IMG/VR virus record: IMGVR_UViG_3300036803_000072
Location: 1-64,000 of that record
Source: a virus
Lineage: Duplodnaviria > Caudoviricetes
Strand: one strand, 5' to 3'
DNA: 64,000 nt
This document shows, one piece after another, positions 28,764-38,025 of this stretch. Positions within the stretch are counted from its first letter, which is position 1. Each line of letters begins with the position of its first letter. The position numbers were made by a program, and so were the translations under genes. The notes beneath the pieces are model-generated. The model saw only the letters and a list, made by a program, of their open reading frames with translations. It had not been told where the DNA came from and made no database searches.

Positions 28764-28992
28764 AGGCGTCCCCCAGCATGTGCCAGGTACCGGCCGCCAT
28801 CCCCGCGTCGTAGGCGCACTCGTTGTGGTGACTGCCCGTAGGGGTGATGACGAAAAAGTTCCACATGGTGCCGCCCAGATGCTCCACAGCGATCGCGGGG
28901 CGACAGCGGGGCCGGTAGACCTGAGTGCCGTCGGCGAGGATCGGACTGCCGTGAGCCCGATAGTGCACCCAGTGACCGATGGCTAACAGCAC
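28756..28992 (-). CDS. Conserved actinophage-type hypothetical protein
   Basis: VHYRAHGSP...CRPAI...TPTG...GTWH pattern; overlaps the start of the downstream gene. Confidence 0.6.
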   Translation of the reverse strand: MLLAIGHWVHYRAHGSPILADGTQVYRPRCRPAIAVEHLGGTMWNFFVITPTGSHHNECAYDAGMAAGTWHMLGDACD

Positions 28993-29201
28993 GCAGGCAT
29001 GGTGTCAGGCTCGACGGCCAGGGTCCGCCATGGCGCGCCGCGACACCTGGAAACCGCATTCAGCGGGTGTTACACTCGCCCCTGTCACAGGTTGGGACAG
29101 TTGGAGTCGAGGGAAACCTCCTCTGGCATCTCCTCTGGTGGCCGGAACCGGGACCGCCCGCTTCCCACTTCGGTGGGGGCGGGCGGTTCGCGTTGTGGGG
29201 G

Positions 29202-29951
<750 letters not shown>

Positions 29952-29958
<7 letters not shown>

Positions 29959-30920
29959 AAACCCACCATGTCACGGACCAGCTGGAAAGCCCTGAGCTGT
30001 GCGGTGGCCAGGTTGCCGGAAGTCAGGGCCCGGCGGGCGCGAGCGACACCGAGGCTACCCTCAGTCCTTTTGATGCCCTGGTAGTGCTCCCCGAACTCCA
30101 GGATGGCCTGGTAGGCACCCCATGCGGTGTTCCTGATGGGTTCCTGAGTGGGTGAGGAGTAGATCTGCTGGAGCAGATCGATGCGCTTGTTGCTGCGGGT
30201 CTTCGCCGACTTCGAGTCACCGCCCAGCGGGTAGAGCCGTTCGACGATCTTGGTGAACTCGTCGGCGGTGACCTTGCGGGCGAGCATCTGTTCACCCTGG
30301 ACGGCCATCTGACGCATGCTGCCGACGGCGGCGGTGAGAACCTGCTCAGCTGCCGCTGTGCGCGCGGGAGCGGAGCTGGTGTGCCGGATGATCACCTTGA
30401 AATTGTCTTCGGCCATTACCTGCGGTTGCTGGTTGGCGCAGTAGAGGCGAGTGGCGGTGGGGGCGAGCACGTTGGAGGAGACCCCATGGGCCATGAAGGC
30501 GACGAGTCGGGCTTCGACCGGGTCGATACCGCCGATAGAGATCTTCTCCGGTAACAGCATGGCGATGTAGGCACGGGCACCGCCGATGCCGTAGGCGCGG
30601 ACGTCCAGAGCTGCGGCGGACTCGAAGGTCGCGCCGGTGGCTGCGGCGACCGCGTCGAGGGTGTCGCAGACCTCCTCGTACTGCACGACGGTGAAGCCTT
30701 GCCCGACGGTGATGTTAGGCAAGGGTTCGCCTTGCGCGTCTTCCAGTGCGTACTGGCCTTCGATGACCCGGCCTCGTTCAGTCATCAGGGGGACTTTGGT
30801 GACGTTCATGCCGGCGAGCTTGGAGTCGATCAGCGCCTGGCGCGCGCTGCCGGATCCGCTGACGTCAGTACCGAGAACGGTGTAGGCGTTGGCGTGGGGT
30901 GCTTCGATCGCTGTGGTCAT
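29952..30920 (-). CDS. DUF932 (phage/plasmid-like) protein
   Basis: VGQGFTVVQYEE, AYIAMLLP, TATRLYCANQ, VIIRHT, NTAWGAYQAI.EF; ATG 30920 with an RBS. Confidence 0.85.
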
Positions 30921-30995
30921 GGGGATCTCCTGTGGTCGGAACGGCGCAGCTGGCCAATACTGAGGAGTGTAGCGTAGCCACGCAACTGTGTCACC

Positions 30996-31020
30996 TGCTA
31001 CACTTAGCAGTGTTCCGGTA
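30996..31020 (+). promoter_or_regulatory. Conserved phage motif heading the dnaE operon
   Basis: TGC TACACT tagcag TGTTCCGGTA, then GAGGAGG RBS. Confidence 0.7.
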
Positions 31021-31037
31021 CTGATCGAGGAGGCATC

Positions 31038-31211
31038 ATGCGCATCGAAACACTGTCCATGTTCGGTGGCCTGGGCGCGCTGGCCGCCCTCATGGTCATG
31101 GCTATCGTCGCCCTGCGCGTCGACGACGAGCCACCGCCGTTCGTCTACCTCGTCGGGCTCGTTCTCACTGTCGCCGCAATGGTCCTGTTCACGGGGGCGG
31201 GCATCCGATGA
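31038..31211 (+). CDS. Small two-TM membrane protein (57 aa)
   Basis: GAGGAGG RBS; MRIETLSMFGGLGALAALMV...; below the ORF-track cut-off. Confidence 0.55.
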   Translation: MRIETLSMFGGLGALAALMVMAIVALRVDDEPPPFVYLVGLVLTVAAMVLFTGAGIR

Positions 31212-31529
31212 GGACCTGCGCACGCGTAATCGATGACCAGTACTGCGGCCGATCATTCGACACGAGCCGCCGCATCACCGTCACAACCTCAGCGGTAGCC
31301 AGAGCGGACCTCGAATACGTGGTCGACCTGTGCTTGGAGCACGGCATCGAGTACGACCGGGACCACCTGTGACTTGCGGGGTCTGCCACCGGCTGCTCGA
31401 TCAACCTGGAGTGCCTGAATCGCGAGACTGCGGCGGCGACTGCCGGGGCTGCATCCGTGCGGCTGAGGATCACGTCGAGGGCTGCCCAGACCCGTCTTGC
31501 TGTGGCGACTGCCAAGAAACGGAGAGCGA

Positions 31530-31751
31530 ATGAGCGACCCCGGCCCTGTCAACGGGCATCAGTTCCACTTCGCGGTCACCGTCCAGGGGTCCTATCAGAT
31601 CGTCGGCGACCCGCAGCACTACGACTGCGAACCCGACCCGGAAGCCGACCCGTTCACCCTCACCGTGCGAGCCTGGTGTCTCGCCGACGCCTGCCGGATG
31701 GCCGCTGAAGTGCCGTTCGGTGACTGGACACATTCTGGTGATGCGGAATGA
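31530..31751 (+). CDS. Hypothetical protein
   Basis: GGAG RBS, ATG 31530, stop coupled to the next gene. Confidence 0.5.
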   Translation: MSDPGPVNGHQFHFAVTVQGSYQIVGDPQHYDCEPDPEADPFTLTVRAWCLADACRMAAEVPFGDWTHSGDAE

Positions 31752-32059
31752 AATACCATTCCGGCAACTACGTCGGCGCTGACGAGATCGGTGCGTGGCT
31801 TGGCCGCTCCGGTGCGTGGATTCGACTGCTGCGACAGCAAGACAGCAAATACGCAATTCCCTGCCCCGTGCCACTGCCCGAACCGGACATGCTCACCGAG
31901 AAGCGCCGCCGACGCGGGGAAAGCATCGCGTTGTGGCGTCGTGATCGCCTGCCCGAGTTTGAGGAGTGGTTCCGGGCGCACGTCCGCACGCTGGCCGAGC
32001 AGGAGATCGCCACCATGGAAGCCAACGTGGCCCGCATGAAGCAGACGGAGACATCGTGA
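31748..32059 (+). CDS. Small putative HTH DNA-binding protein
   Basis: YVGADEIGAWLGRS...P.PD...LWRRD.L.EFEEW resembles excisionase/MerR-like winged HTH; coupled to dnaE. Confidence 0.55.
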   Translation: MKYHSGNYVGADEIGAWLGRSGAWIRLLRQQDSKYAIPCPVPLPEPDMLTEKRRRRGESIALWRRDRLPEFEEWFRAHVRTLAEQEIATMEANVARMKQTETS

Positions 32060-35000
32060 CCAGCTCGTTTGTTCATTGCCACGTCCATTCGGACTGCTCC
32101 ATGCTCGACGGCGCCGCCCGACTGCCCGACCTGATGACCGAAGCAGTCCGGCTCGGCATGCCCGCACTGGCCATCACCGACCACGGCAACGTCTTCGGCG
32201 CCTACGACTTCTGGAAAGCGGCCCGCGCCGCCGGCATCAACCCGATCATCGGCATGGAAGGCTACGTCGCCCCCGGCTCCCGGCACGAACGCACCCGCGC
32301 CACCCTGGACGGGACGACGGTCGATGACTCGAACCCCGGCGAGATGTACACCCACATGACGTTGCTCGCCGAGACCACCGAGGGCATGGGCAACCTGTTT
32401 CGACTGTCGTCACTGGCCAGCCTGGAAGGCTTCTACTACAAACCGCGCATGGACCGGGAGCTGCTCGAAACCTACTCGAAGGGGATCATCGCCACCACCG
32501 GATGCCCATCCGGGGAGGTCAACCGCCTCTTGCAGCGCGGCGACTATAAAGCCGCATGCCAGGCCGCCAGCGACTACCGCGACATCTTCGGGGCCGAGAA
32601 CTACTACTGCGAGCTCATGGATCACGGCATCGATGTCGAGCGCGGCGTCAAGCGAGACCTGATGCGACTCGCCCATGATCTGAACCTGCCGCTGCTGGCG
32701 ACCAACGACCTGCACTACGTGCGCGCACAGGACGCGAAGCCACACGACGCACTGCTGTGTGTCCAGACTAAGAAGACCATCGCCGACCAGAACAGGTTCC
32801 GTTTCGAGGGGCAGGAGTTCTACCTAAAGTCCGCCGAACAGATGCGGGCACTGTTCGATGACGGCGACTTCCCGGGGGCGTGCGACAACACGCTCGCCAT
32901 CGCGGCCCGCTGCCACGTCGAGTTCGACGAGGGCGCCGACCTCATGCCCCGGTTCCCGGTACCTGATGGCGAGACCGAGGCCAGCTGGCTTCTCAAGGAA
33001 GTTAACCTCGGTCTCGCCCGTCGCCTTCCCCGCGACGTCCCCGCAGAATACCGCGCCCGGCTCGATGCCGAGCTCGACCTGATTCTGCGCATGGGCTACT
33101 CCGGTTACTTCCTGGTCACCGCCGACTTGATCCGTCACGCGAAGTCCATCGGCATCCGCGTCGGACCCGGTCGTGGCTCTGTCGTCGGCTCCCTGGTCGC
33201 CTACGCCCTGGGCATCACCGAACTGGACCCGATCGTTCACCGTCTGCTGTTCGAGCGGTTCCTGAACCCGGAGCGACCCTCGACGCCCGACATCGACCTC
33301 GACTTCGACGAACGCCGCCGAGGCGAAGTGATCGACTATGTTACCGGCAAATACGGTGCCGACCGGGTCGCCCAGATCGTCACCTACTCCACGATCAAAG
33401 CCCGCGCGGCGGTGAAAGACGCAGCGAAAGTCCTGCACGGGGCAGCCGGTTTCGCCCTCGCCGACCGGATCAGCAAGGCCATGCCCCCGCCGATCATGGG
33501 CAAGGACATCCCGTTGACCGGCATCTTCGACCCCGACCACAAGCGGTACGGCGAGTCGGCCGCCGTGCGCGCCCTGTACGACAACGACGCGCAGGTCAAA
33601 GAGGTCATCGACACGGCGCGCGGACTGGAGGGCCTGAAGCGGCAGTGGGGAGTGCACGCCGCTGGTGTCATCGTTTCCCGCCTCCCCCTGCTCGATGTTG
33701 TCCCCATCCACCGGCGCCCAGCCGACGGGGCGATCATCACTCAGTTCGACATGTGGGCGTGCGAAGCCCTCGGTCTGGTCAAAATGGACTTCCTGGGTTT
33801 ACGGAACCTGACGATCATTGACGATTGCCTGGCGGGGATCGCAGCCAGCGGCAAACCCGTCCCCCTACTGGAGACCTTGCCGCTGGATGACCCCGGCGTC
33901 TACCAGCTGCTCGCGCGCGGCGACACCCTGGGCGTCTTCCAGCTCGACAGCGGCCCCATCCGTGACCTACTGCGCAAGATGGGGCCAACCCACTTCGGGG
34001 ACATCTCCGCCTGCAACGCCCTGTACCGGCCCGGGCCGATGGCGGCCAACGCGCACAACGACTACGCCGACCGGAAAAATCACCGACAGCCGGTCAAACC
34101 CATCCACCCGGAGCTCGCCGAGCCACTGGCCGACATCCTCGACGAAACCTATGGCCTGATTGTCTACCAGGAGCAGGTACTGGCCATCGCCCAACGGGTC
34201 GCCGGGTACTCCCTGGGGCGGGCGGATCTGCTGCGCAAGGCGATGGGTAAAAAGATCCGGGCGGTGCTCGACCGAGAATACGGGCCCTTCGCTGACGGCA
34301 TGGCGGCCTCCGGCTACTCCCCAGGCGCTGTCAAGGCGCTGTGGGACATCCTGATCCCGTTCTCCGACTACGCGTTCAACCGAGCCCATACCGCAGCCTA
34401 CGGGCTGATCGGCTACTGGACGGCGTACCTGAAAGTGCATCACCCTGTGGAATACATGGCGGCCCTGCTCACCAGTGTCGGTGACGACAAAGACCGCAGC
34501 GCGATCTACCTGGCGGAGTGCCGCCACATGGGCATCACCGTGCTGGTGCCCGATGTGAACGCCTCGGGTGCGCACTTCACTGCCGACGGCGTCGACATCC
34601 GCTTCGGCCTCTCGGCGGTGCGCAACGTCGGGGCGGGCGCGGTCGAAGCGATCATCGCCGGTCGAGTCGACGGCCCGTACACCAGCATCGCCGACTTCCT
34701 GCGCCGAGTACCCGCTTCGGCGTGCAACAAGGGCGCGGTCGAGTCCCTGATCAAAGCGGGCGCGTTCGACTCCCTGGGATACGCACGCTGCGGCCTGCAC
34801 GGTGCGTGCGCGGCGGTGATCGCAGCCGCGCGACCGAAAGGCAAACGGGCCGGGCAGGGTGACCTGTTCGCCGAAGGCGCGTTCGACGTCGACATTCCCA
34901 CCGCACAGTGGGACACCCCGGTCCAGCTCGCCCACGAGCGCGACATGCTCGGCCTCTACGTCTCCGCCCACCCCCTCGACAGCGTTGCCCCGATGCTGGC

Positions 35001-35535
35001 GACACAAGGGGGCACGCCCATCACCGCGATCCTCGACGGCACCGTGCCCGGCGGCGGGGAAGCGGTCGTGACCGGCATGCTCACCGACGTCAAGCGCGGG
35101 GTGACCAGGGGCAAGGGCGAACCGTGGGCGAAAGCGCGACTGGAGGACCTGGCGGCCGGCATTGAGGTGCTGTTCTTCCCGAAAACCTATGCGGTGGTCG
35201 GTGAGCACGTGACCGATGACGCGATTGTGGTGCTCAAGGTGAAGGTGTCGACGAAAGATGATCGGATCGCTCTGTTCGTCACCGACCTGATCGTGCCGGA
35301 ACTACCGACGTCGAGCGCAGTGCCGCCGCTGGAGTTGGGGATCGCCGCCGGTGACTGCACACCGAAACTGTTGGCGCAGCTTACGACAGCACTGGCGGCC
35401 AACCCAGGGAATAGTGAGGTGTGGCTGCGGCTGGCCGGACCGGGCGGAGTTCACCGGCTGCGCCTGCCGGGGGGGCTGCGGGTCGATCCGTCGGTGGCCC
35501 GGAATATAGGTCACCTTCCTGTATCAATCGGATGA
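32056..35535 (+). CDS. dnaE: DNA polymerase III alpha subunit
   Basis: PHP domain HCHVHSDCSMLDG, GPGRGS, catalytic PDIDLDF, HAAGV, KMDFLGL, YAFNRAH, clamp-binding QGDLF and OB fold; GTG 32056 with GGAG RBS; no intein. Confidence 0.97.
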   Translation: MTSSFVHCHVHSDCSMLDGAARLPDLMTEAVRLGMPALAITDHGNVFGAYDFWKAARAAGINPIIGMEGYVAPGSRHERTRATLDGTTVDDSNPGEMYTHMTLLAETTEGMGNLFRLSSLASLEGFYYKPRMDRELLETYSKGIIATTGCPSGEVNRLLQRGDYKAACQAASDYRDIFGAENYYCELMDHGIDVERGVKRDLMRLAHDLNLPLLATNDLHYVRAQDAKPHDALLCVQTKKTIADQNRFRFEGQEFYLKSAEQMRALFDDGDFPGACDNTLAIAARCHVEFDEGADLMPRFPVPDGETEASWLLKEVNLGLARRLPRDVPAEYRARLDAELDLILRMGYSGYFLVTADLIRHAKSIGIRVGPGRGSVVGSLVAYALGITELDPIVHRLLFERFLNPERPSTPDIDLDFDERRRGEVIDYVTGKYGADRVAQIVTYSTIKARAAVKDAAKVLHGAAGFALADRISKAMPPPIMGKDIPLTGIFDPDHKRYGESAAVRALYDNDAQVKEVIDTARGLEGLKRQWGVHAAGVIVSRLPLLDVVPIHRRPADGAIITQFDMWACEALGLVKMDFLGLRNLTIIDDCLAGIAASGKPVPLLETLPLDDPGVYQLLARGDTLGVFQLDSGPIRDLLRKMGPTHFGDISACNALYRPGPMAANAHNDYADRKNHRQPVKPIHPELAEPLADILDETYGLIVYQEQVLAIAQRVAGYSLGRADLLRKAMGKKIRAVLDREYGPFADGMAASGYSPGAVKALWDILIPFSDYAFNRAHTAAYGLIGYWTAYLKVHHPVEYMAALLTSVGDDKDRSAIYLAECRHMGITVLVPDVNASGAHFTADGVDIRFGLSAVRNVGAGAVEAIIAGRVDGPYTSIADFLRRVPASACNKGAVESLIKAGAFDSLGYARCGLHGACAAVIAAARPKGKRAGQGDLFAEGAFDVDIPTAQWDTPVQLAHERDMLGLYVSAHPLDSVAPMLATQGGTPITAILDGTVPGGGEAVVTGMLTDVKRGVTRGKGEPWAKARLEDLAAGIEVLFFPKTYAVVGEHVTDDAIVVLKVKVSTKDDRIALFVTDLIVPELPTSSAVPPLELGIAAGDCTPKLLAQLTTALAANPGNSEVWLRLAGPGGVHRLRLPGGLRVDPSVARNIGHLPVSIG

Positions 35536-35701
35536 GCTGCGGCATCAGGATAGTGTCGACCATCCGAGCGAAATGCCATTCCTCGCACCATCTTTGCGCG
35601 CTCCTGACCATCATCGGCCCGTTGGGAGCCTTCAGCCAGACCTCCTCACTGGGCGGAAGGTCATGGAAGGGGCACTCCTGTGCCTCGTCAGACGTGGTCA
35701 T
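35381..35701 (-). CDS. Hypothetical protein
   Basis: ATGA-coupled to the MuF stop; its 3' end overlaps the dnaE 3' end in antisense. Confidence 0.4.
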   Translation of the reverse strand: MTTSDEAQECPFHDLPPSEEVWLKAPNGPMMVRSAQRWCEEWHFARMVDTILMPQLIRLIQEGDLYSGPPTDRPAAPPAGAAGELRPVRPAAATPHYSLGWPPVLS

Positions 35702-38025
35702 GCTGCCAGGGTAGGCGCCACCACAGGCTGCGCCACCACCTGACCGGCGCTGACCGAGGCGACAGCCAGGGTCACTCCGGCTGTCAAGATCACCGCGCCG
35801 CCCAGCACACCGACGGCCATGCCGGCAGGGATCGCCACGGCCAACACGGTCGCCCCCGCGACGGCCGGGGGTGCCAGGGCCAGGGCCAGGGCGCCCGGCC
35901 AGGACAGCTGTTGACCGGGCTCCACCGGGACGGAATCCATGCGTCGGTAGGCGACCACAGGGGCGGGCACGGTCACCTGCGGTGCCGCTGCCGCGTGCAA
36001 CTCCGGCGCCCCCTCGGTCCAGCCGTCCTGGCGCTGGGCCAGGAGTTGCCGTGCGGCAGCCGGCGTGCCGGCCTTCACCAGGGCCAGGGCCTTGCGTTTG
36101 TCCACCGACGGCGGCGCGAAGATCAGAGAGCATCGGCAGTTGCGTGATACTATGCCCTCTGCTAAGTAAACCCCTGTTCCGGTCTGGAGGGTATAAACGT
36201 GGCCACTGAACGCGCTCCGGTGAATCTCGATCACCTCATCGAGCTCTACCGATCCGGCCAGAGTCCGGCAAGCATCGGCGAGCAGCTCGGCATACCGGGC
36301 CCCACCGTCCGAGGTCAACTGGTCCGCGCTGGCGAACCCTTGCGTGGTCGTGGAAGCGCGTGGCGTCATCGCAAGGGTTTCCAGGTGCTCGATGCCGAGA
36401 AGTTGGCCGCTCGCTATCTCGCAGGCGAGTCGGAGCAGGCGATCGCTCACAGCCTCGGCATCTCTCGCGGAGTCGTCCGACGCCACCTCCTCGGAGCCGG
36501 TATCCAGCCGCGCGGTCGAGGTGACGCAATGCGTGTCCGCTGGTCTGGCCTGGATGATGCTGGGCGCACTGCCTTGGTGGCTGATGCCCACGCCGCTACT
36601 CGCGGCATCCCGCAGTCCGAGCTGCATCGCAGCAGAATCGCCACCGGACGTAGAGACCTCGAATGCTTCACTTCGCCATGGGAGACCGCTCTGGGAATCA
36701 TGCTGGCGGAACGAGGCATGGCGACCGAACCGCAGCGGGCGGTCGGTCGCTACAACATCGACCTCGCCTGTTGGCCGGTCGCCGTAGAAGTCCACCGCCA
36801 CACGGCCTATCCGCCGTGCTGGCAGGCCAGCGCCGATCGCATCATGCACCTTCTCGATCAGGGCTGGCGAACCCTCTACGTGTGGATCAGTCCCCGCCGA
36901 GACGTTCTGACCCCGGCGTGCGCCGACCACATAGTCACCCTCGTGCAACTCGCCCAGTCCAACCCAGCCTCGTTCGGTGAGTATCGGGTGATTCGGAGTA
37001 CCGGTGAGGATGCGACCCGACGTAGTGCAGATAGTGACAACGTCGCCGACATAGGGAGCCCGGAATGATCCCTCGACATCCGGCGCGCTCACCTCAGTTC
37101 CGGCGATAAAGCAGTTCGCCACCTCCCGGATACCTTCCGGGAGCACGGCGGGGTCGGCGGGGAACCGCAGCCGGAACGCCCCGACCTGAAACTTCCCGTC
37201 CACCGGACGGACCTGTCCATCGGCCGTGCGATGGGTCTCCCGGACCCTGGGATCACGCTTGGACAGCCACTGGGTGTGGGTGACGCCCATGGCACGGGCA
37301 GCAGCCAGAGCAGCGTCACCGGCCAGCGCGGTCGCTAGAGTGCGGCCATACATCAGCAACCAGTTCCCGCCGCGCCGCTGCGCCTCCAAGATTCGATCTA
37401 TGACCTGATCGAGGCTCTCCGCACTGGAGTCTGCCGCCAGAATCTCTCGGCGGATATCTCTGGCGTGACGTTCTGCGACATCCGCCATGGCAGCTACGGC
37501 CGAGTCCACCGCCGCTTCGACAGTCGCCCGGTCGAACGCAGCGAGCCCAACGTTGGGGCGACCGAGGGACTTCGCGACTCCGCCAGCAGCGTCGGCGACG
37601 ATACGCAAGCCGACGGGGCGGACCGCCTTACCGATCTCGTCGACAGTCCGCTCGGGCAGGATGTAGGTAGCGTCAAGGGTTTTGTACTCCAGCCCGGCCC
37701 CCTGTCCTGTAAGAGAGTCCAGCCCACCCCCTTGAGATACTTCGACCCCGACTTTCACCTGATCAGACCAGAATCTGGTGTGCTTGCGTGCCTTGGGGCC
37801 ACGCAGGCGCGCCTCCACTACACCGGCCACACGCTCGTTGTAGGACTTAATAACTGATTCCATCAGTTCCACAGCCCGGTCGACCCGGGCGGCGCCATCG
37901 TCAGCCAGCTTGTCCCGGATCTCCCCATGCGGCGGGTCCGGCAGCGCCTCGTGCACCATCGCGGTAGCTAGCGGGAGGGCGGGCAGCTCATCGGCGCCCA
38001 GAGGGTCGCGCGCGGCCCTGCTCAC
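35698..38025 (-). CDS. MuF-like minor head protein containing an intein
   Basis: QWLSKRDPRVRETH...DG...FQVG...LRFPADP...AN|CRC MuF signature split by the intein; adjacent to the portal. Confidence 0.88.
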   Translation of the reverse strand: MSRAARDPLGADELPALPLATAMVHEALPDPPHGEIRDKLADDGAARVDRAVELMESVIKSYNERVAGVVEARLRGPKARKHTRFWSDQVKVGVEVSQGGGLDSLTGQGAGLEYKTLDATYILPERTVDEIGKAVRPVGLRIVADAAGGVAKSLGRPNVGLAAFDRATVEAAVDSAVAAMADVAERHARDIRREILAADSSAESLDQVIDRILEAQRRGGNWLLMYGRTLATALAGDAALAAARAMGVTHTQWLSKRDPRVRETHRTADGQVRPVDGKFQVGAFRLRFPADPAVLPEGIREVANCFIAGTEVSAPDVEGSFRAPYVGDVVTICTTSGRILTGTPNHPILTERGWVGLGELHEGDYVVGARRGQNVSAGTDPHVEGSPALIEKVHDAIGAGLPARRIGRVAVDFYGDRPTGEVDVVATDRPLRFGRHASFRQHDSQSGLPWRSEAFEVSTSGGDSAAMQLGLRDAASSGVGISHQGSAPSIIQARPADTHCVTSTARLDTGSEEVASDDSARDAEAVSDRLLRLACEIASGQLLGIEHLETLAMTPRASTTTQGFASADQLTSDGGARYAELLADACRTLAGSVELDEVIEIHRSAFSGHVYTLQTGTGVYLAEGIVSRNCRCSLIFAPPSVDKRKALALVKAGTPAAARQLLAQRQDGWTEGAPELHAAAAPQVTVPAPVVAYRRMDSVPVEPGQQLSWPGALALALAPPAVAGATVLAVAIPAGMAVGVLGGAVILTAGVTLAVASVSAGQVVAQPVVAPTLAA
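36160..36190 (+). promoter_or_regulatory. Phage motif variant + RBS for the antisense endonuclease
   Basis: TGC TAAGTA aacccc TGTTCCGGTC, then GGAGG (36186-90) 8 nt before GTG 36199. A second extended -10, TGaTACTAT, lies at 36145-53. Confidence 0.6.
36199..37068 (+). CDS. HTH-repeat + DUF559/Vsr-like PD-(D/E)xK endonuclease, nested antisense in the intein
   Basis: Two HTH repeats (LYRSGQS...LGI...VRGQL; YLAGES...LGISRGVVRRHL) and E..L..ML.E.G....Q..VGRYNIDLA...VAVEVH; strong RBS. Confidence 0.85.
   Translation: MATERAPVNLDHLIELYRSGQSPASIGEQLGIPGPTVRGQLVRAGEPLRGRGSAWRHRKGFQVLDAEKLAARYLAGESEQAIAHSLGISRGVVRRHLLGAGIQPRGRGDAMRVRWSGLDDAGRTALVADAHAATRGIPQSELHRSRIATGRRDLECFTSPWETALGIMLAERGMATEPQRAVGRYNIDLACWPVAVEVHRHTAYPPCWQASADRIMHLLDQGWRTLYVWISPRRDVLTPACADHIVTLVQLAQSNPASFGEYRVIRSTGEDATRRSADSDNVADIGSPE

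Larger units (their letters stand above)
36139..37113 (-). mobile_element. Intein (325 aa) inserted in the MuF NCRC motif
   Basis: Starts CFIAGTEV; block B TGTPNHPILTERGW; block F HVYTLQT; ends IVSRN before the extein Cys. Confidence 0.88.

Noticed and set aside
31966-32055. N-terminal extension of DnaE, or an intein in DnaE
   Set aside because: The extension overlaps the upstream gene and GTG 32056 has the RBS; DnaE motifs run contiguously with no splicing blocks.
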